Source of the DNA: an uncultured SAR86 cluster bacterium
GTDB lineage: Bacteria > Pseudomonadota > Gammaproteobacteria > Magnimaribacterales > AG-339-G14
NCBI GenBank assembly: GCA_902525435.1
Contig: CABZHD010000001.1
Span: 100,125-164,124 of the forward strand
Reading direction: 5' to 3'
Length of the DNA stretch: 64,000 bases
In this document: piece by piece, positions 63,722 through 64,000 of the stretch
How the letters are laid out: each line of letters opens with the position of its first letter
Numbering within the stretch: position 1 is the stretch's first letter
Made by a program: the position numbers and the translations under genes
Notes under the pieces: model-generated
Told to the model about the DNA's origin: nothing
Seen by the model: only the letters and a program-made list of their open reading frames with translations
The model's database searches: none

Positions 63722-64000
63722 ATGAAAATTTTATCTTTATTGTTTCTTTTTGCCTCGTCATTGGTGTTTGCTGACGATTCTTCATGTAAAAACCTGCTTG
63801 ATCACGACGTTCGTATATTAGCTTCATCAGATTCCGAAAACCTATGCGCATACAATGATAAAGTCATCATGGCGGTCAATGTTGCTAGCTCGTGTGGATT
63901 CACCTATCAATACGAAGGCTTAGAGAAAATTTACGATAAATATAAACAGAAGGGTTTCATTGTCTTAGGATTCCCCTCTAGAGATTTTTTATATCAAGAA
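63722..64000 (+). CDS. Glutathione peroxidase family protein with signal peptide (3' end runs off the window)
   Basis: Manual translation MKILSLLFLFASSLVFA...KVIMAVNVASSCGFTYQYEGLE...VLGFPSRDF. Confidence 0.88.
   Translation, partial: MKILSLLFLFASSLVFADDSSCKNLLDHDVRILASSDSENLCAYNDKVIMAVNVASSCGFTYQYEGLEKIYDKYKQKGFIVLGFPSRDFLYQE

Overview
AT-rich, very gene-dense chromosome segment from a streamlined marine gammaproteobacterium; the 16S V4 sequence and gene synteny are SAR86-like (inferred, not searched). It holds about 55 mostly housekeeping CDSs (LPS core and lipid A, pan/CoA, arg, aro, gltBD, thi, dksA, acs, priA, typA, ribosomal proteins) and one minus-strand rRNA operon (16S-23S-5S) with no spacer tRNAs. 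A glutamine (glnA-motif) riboswitch lies upstream of gltB. No mobile elements or CRISPR arrays were seen. The most striking observation is a four-gene set at 5.8-9.3 kb whose motifs match the mycobacterial methylmannose polysaccharide (MMP) enzymes ManT, MeT3, MmpH and MeT1, sitting inside the LPS-core locus. Other oddities are a type II pantothenate kinase, an orphan diiron protein, a basic tail on DksA, an acidic repeat tail on L31, an N-terminally extended dUTPase, and recurrent leaderless-type promoters. All family calls come from motif recognition and recalled sequences, not database searches.
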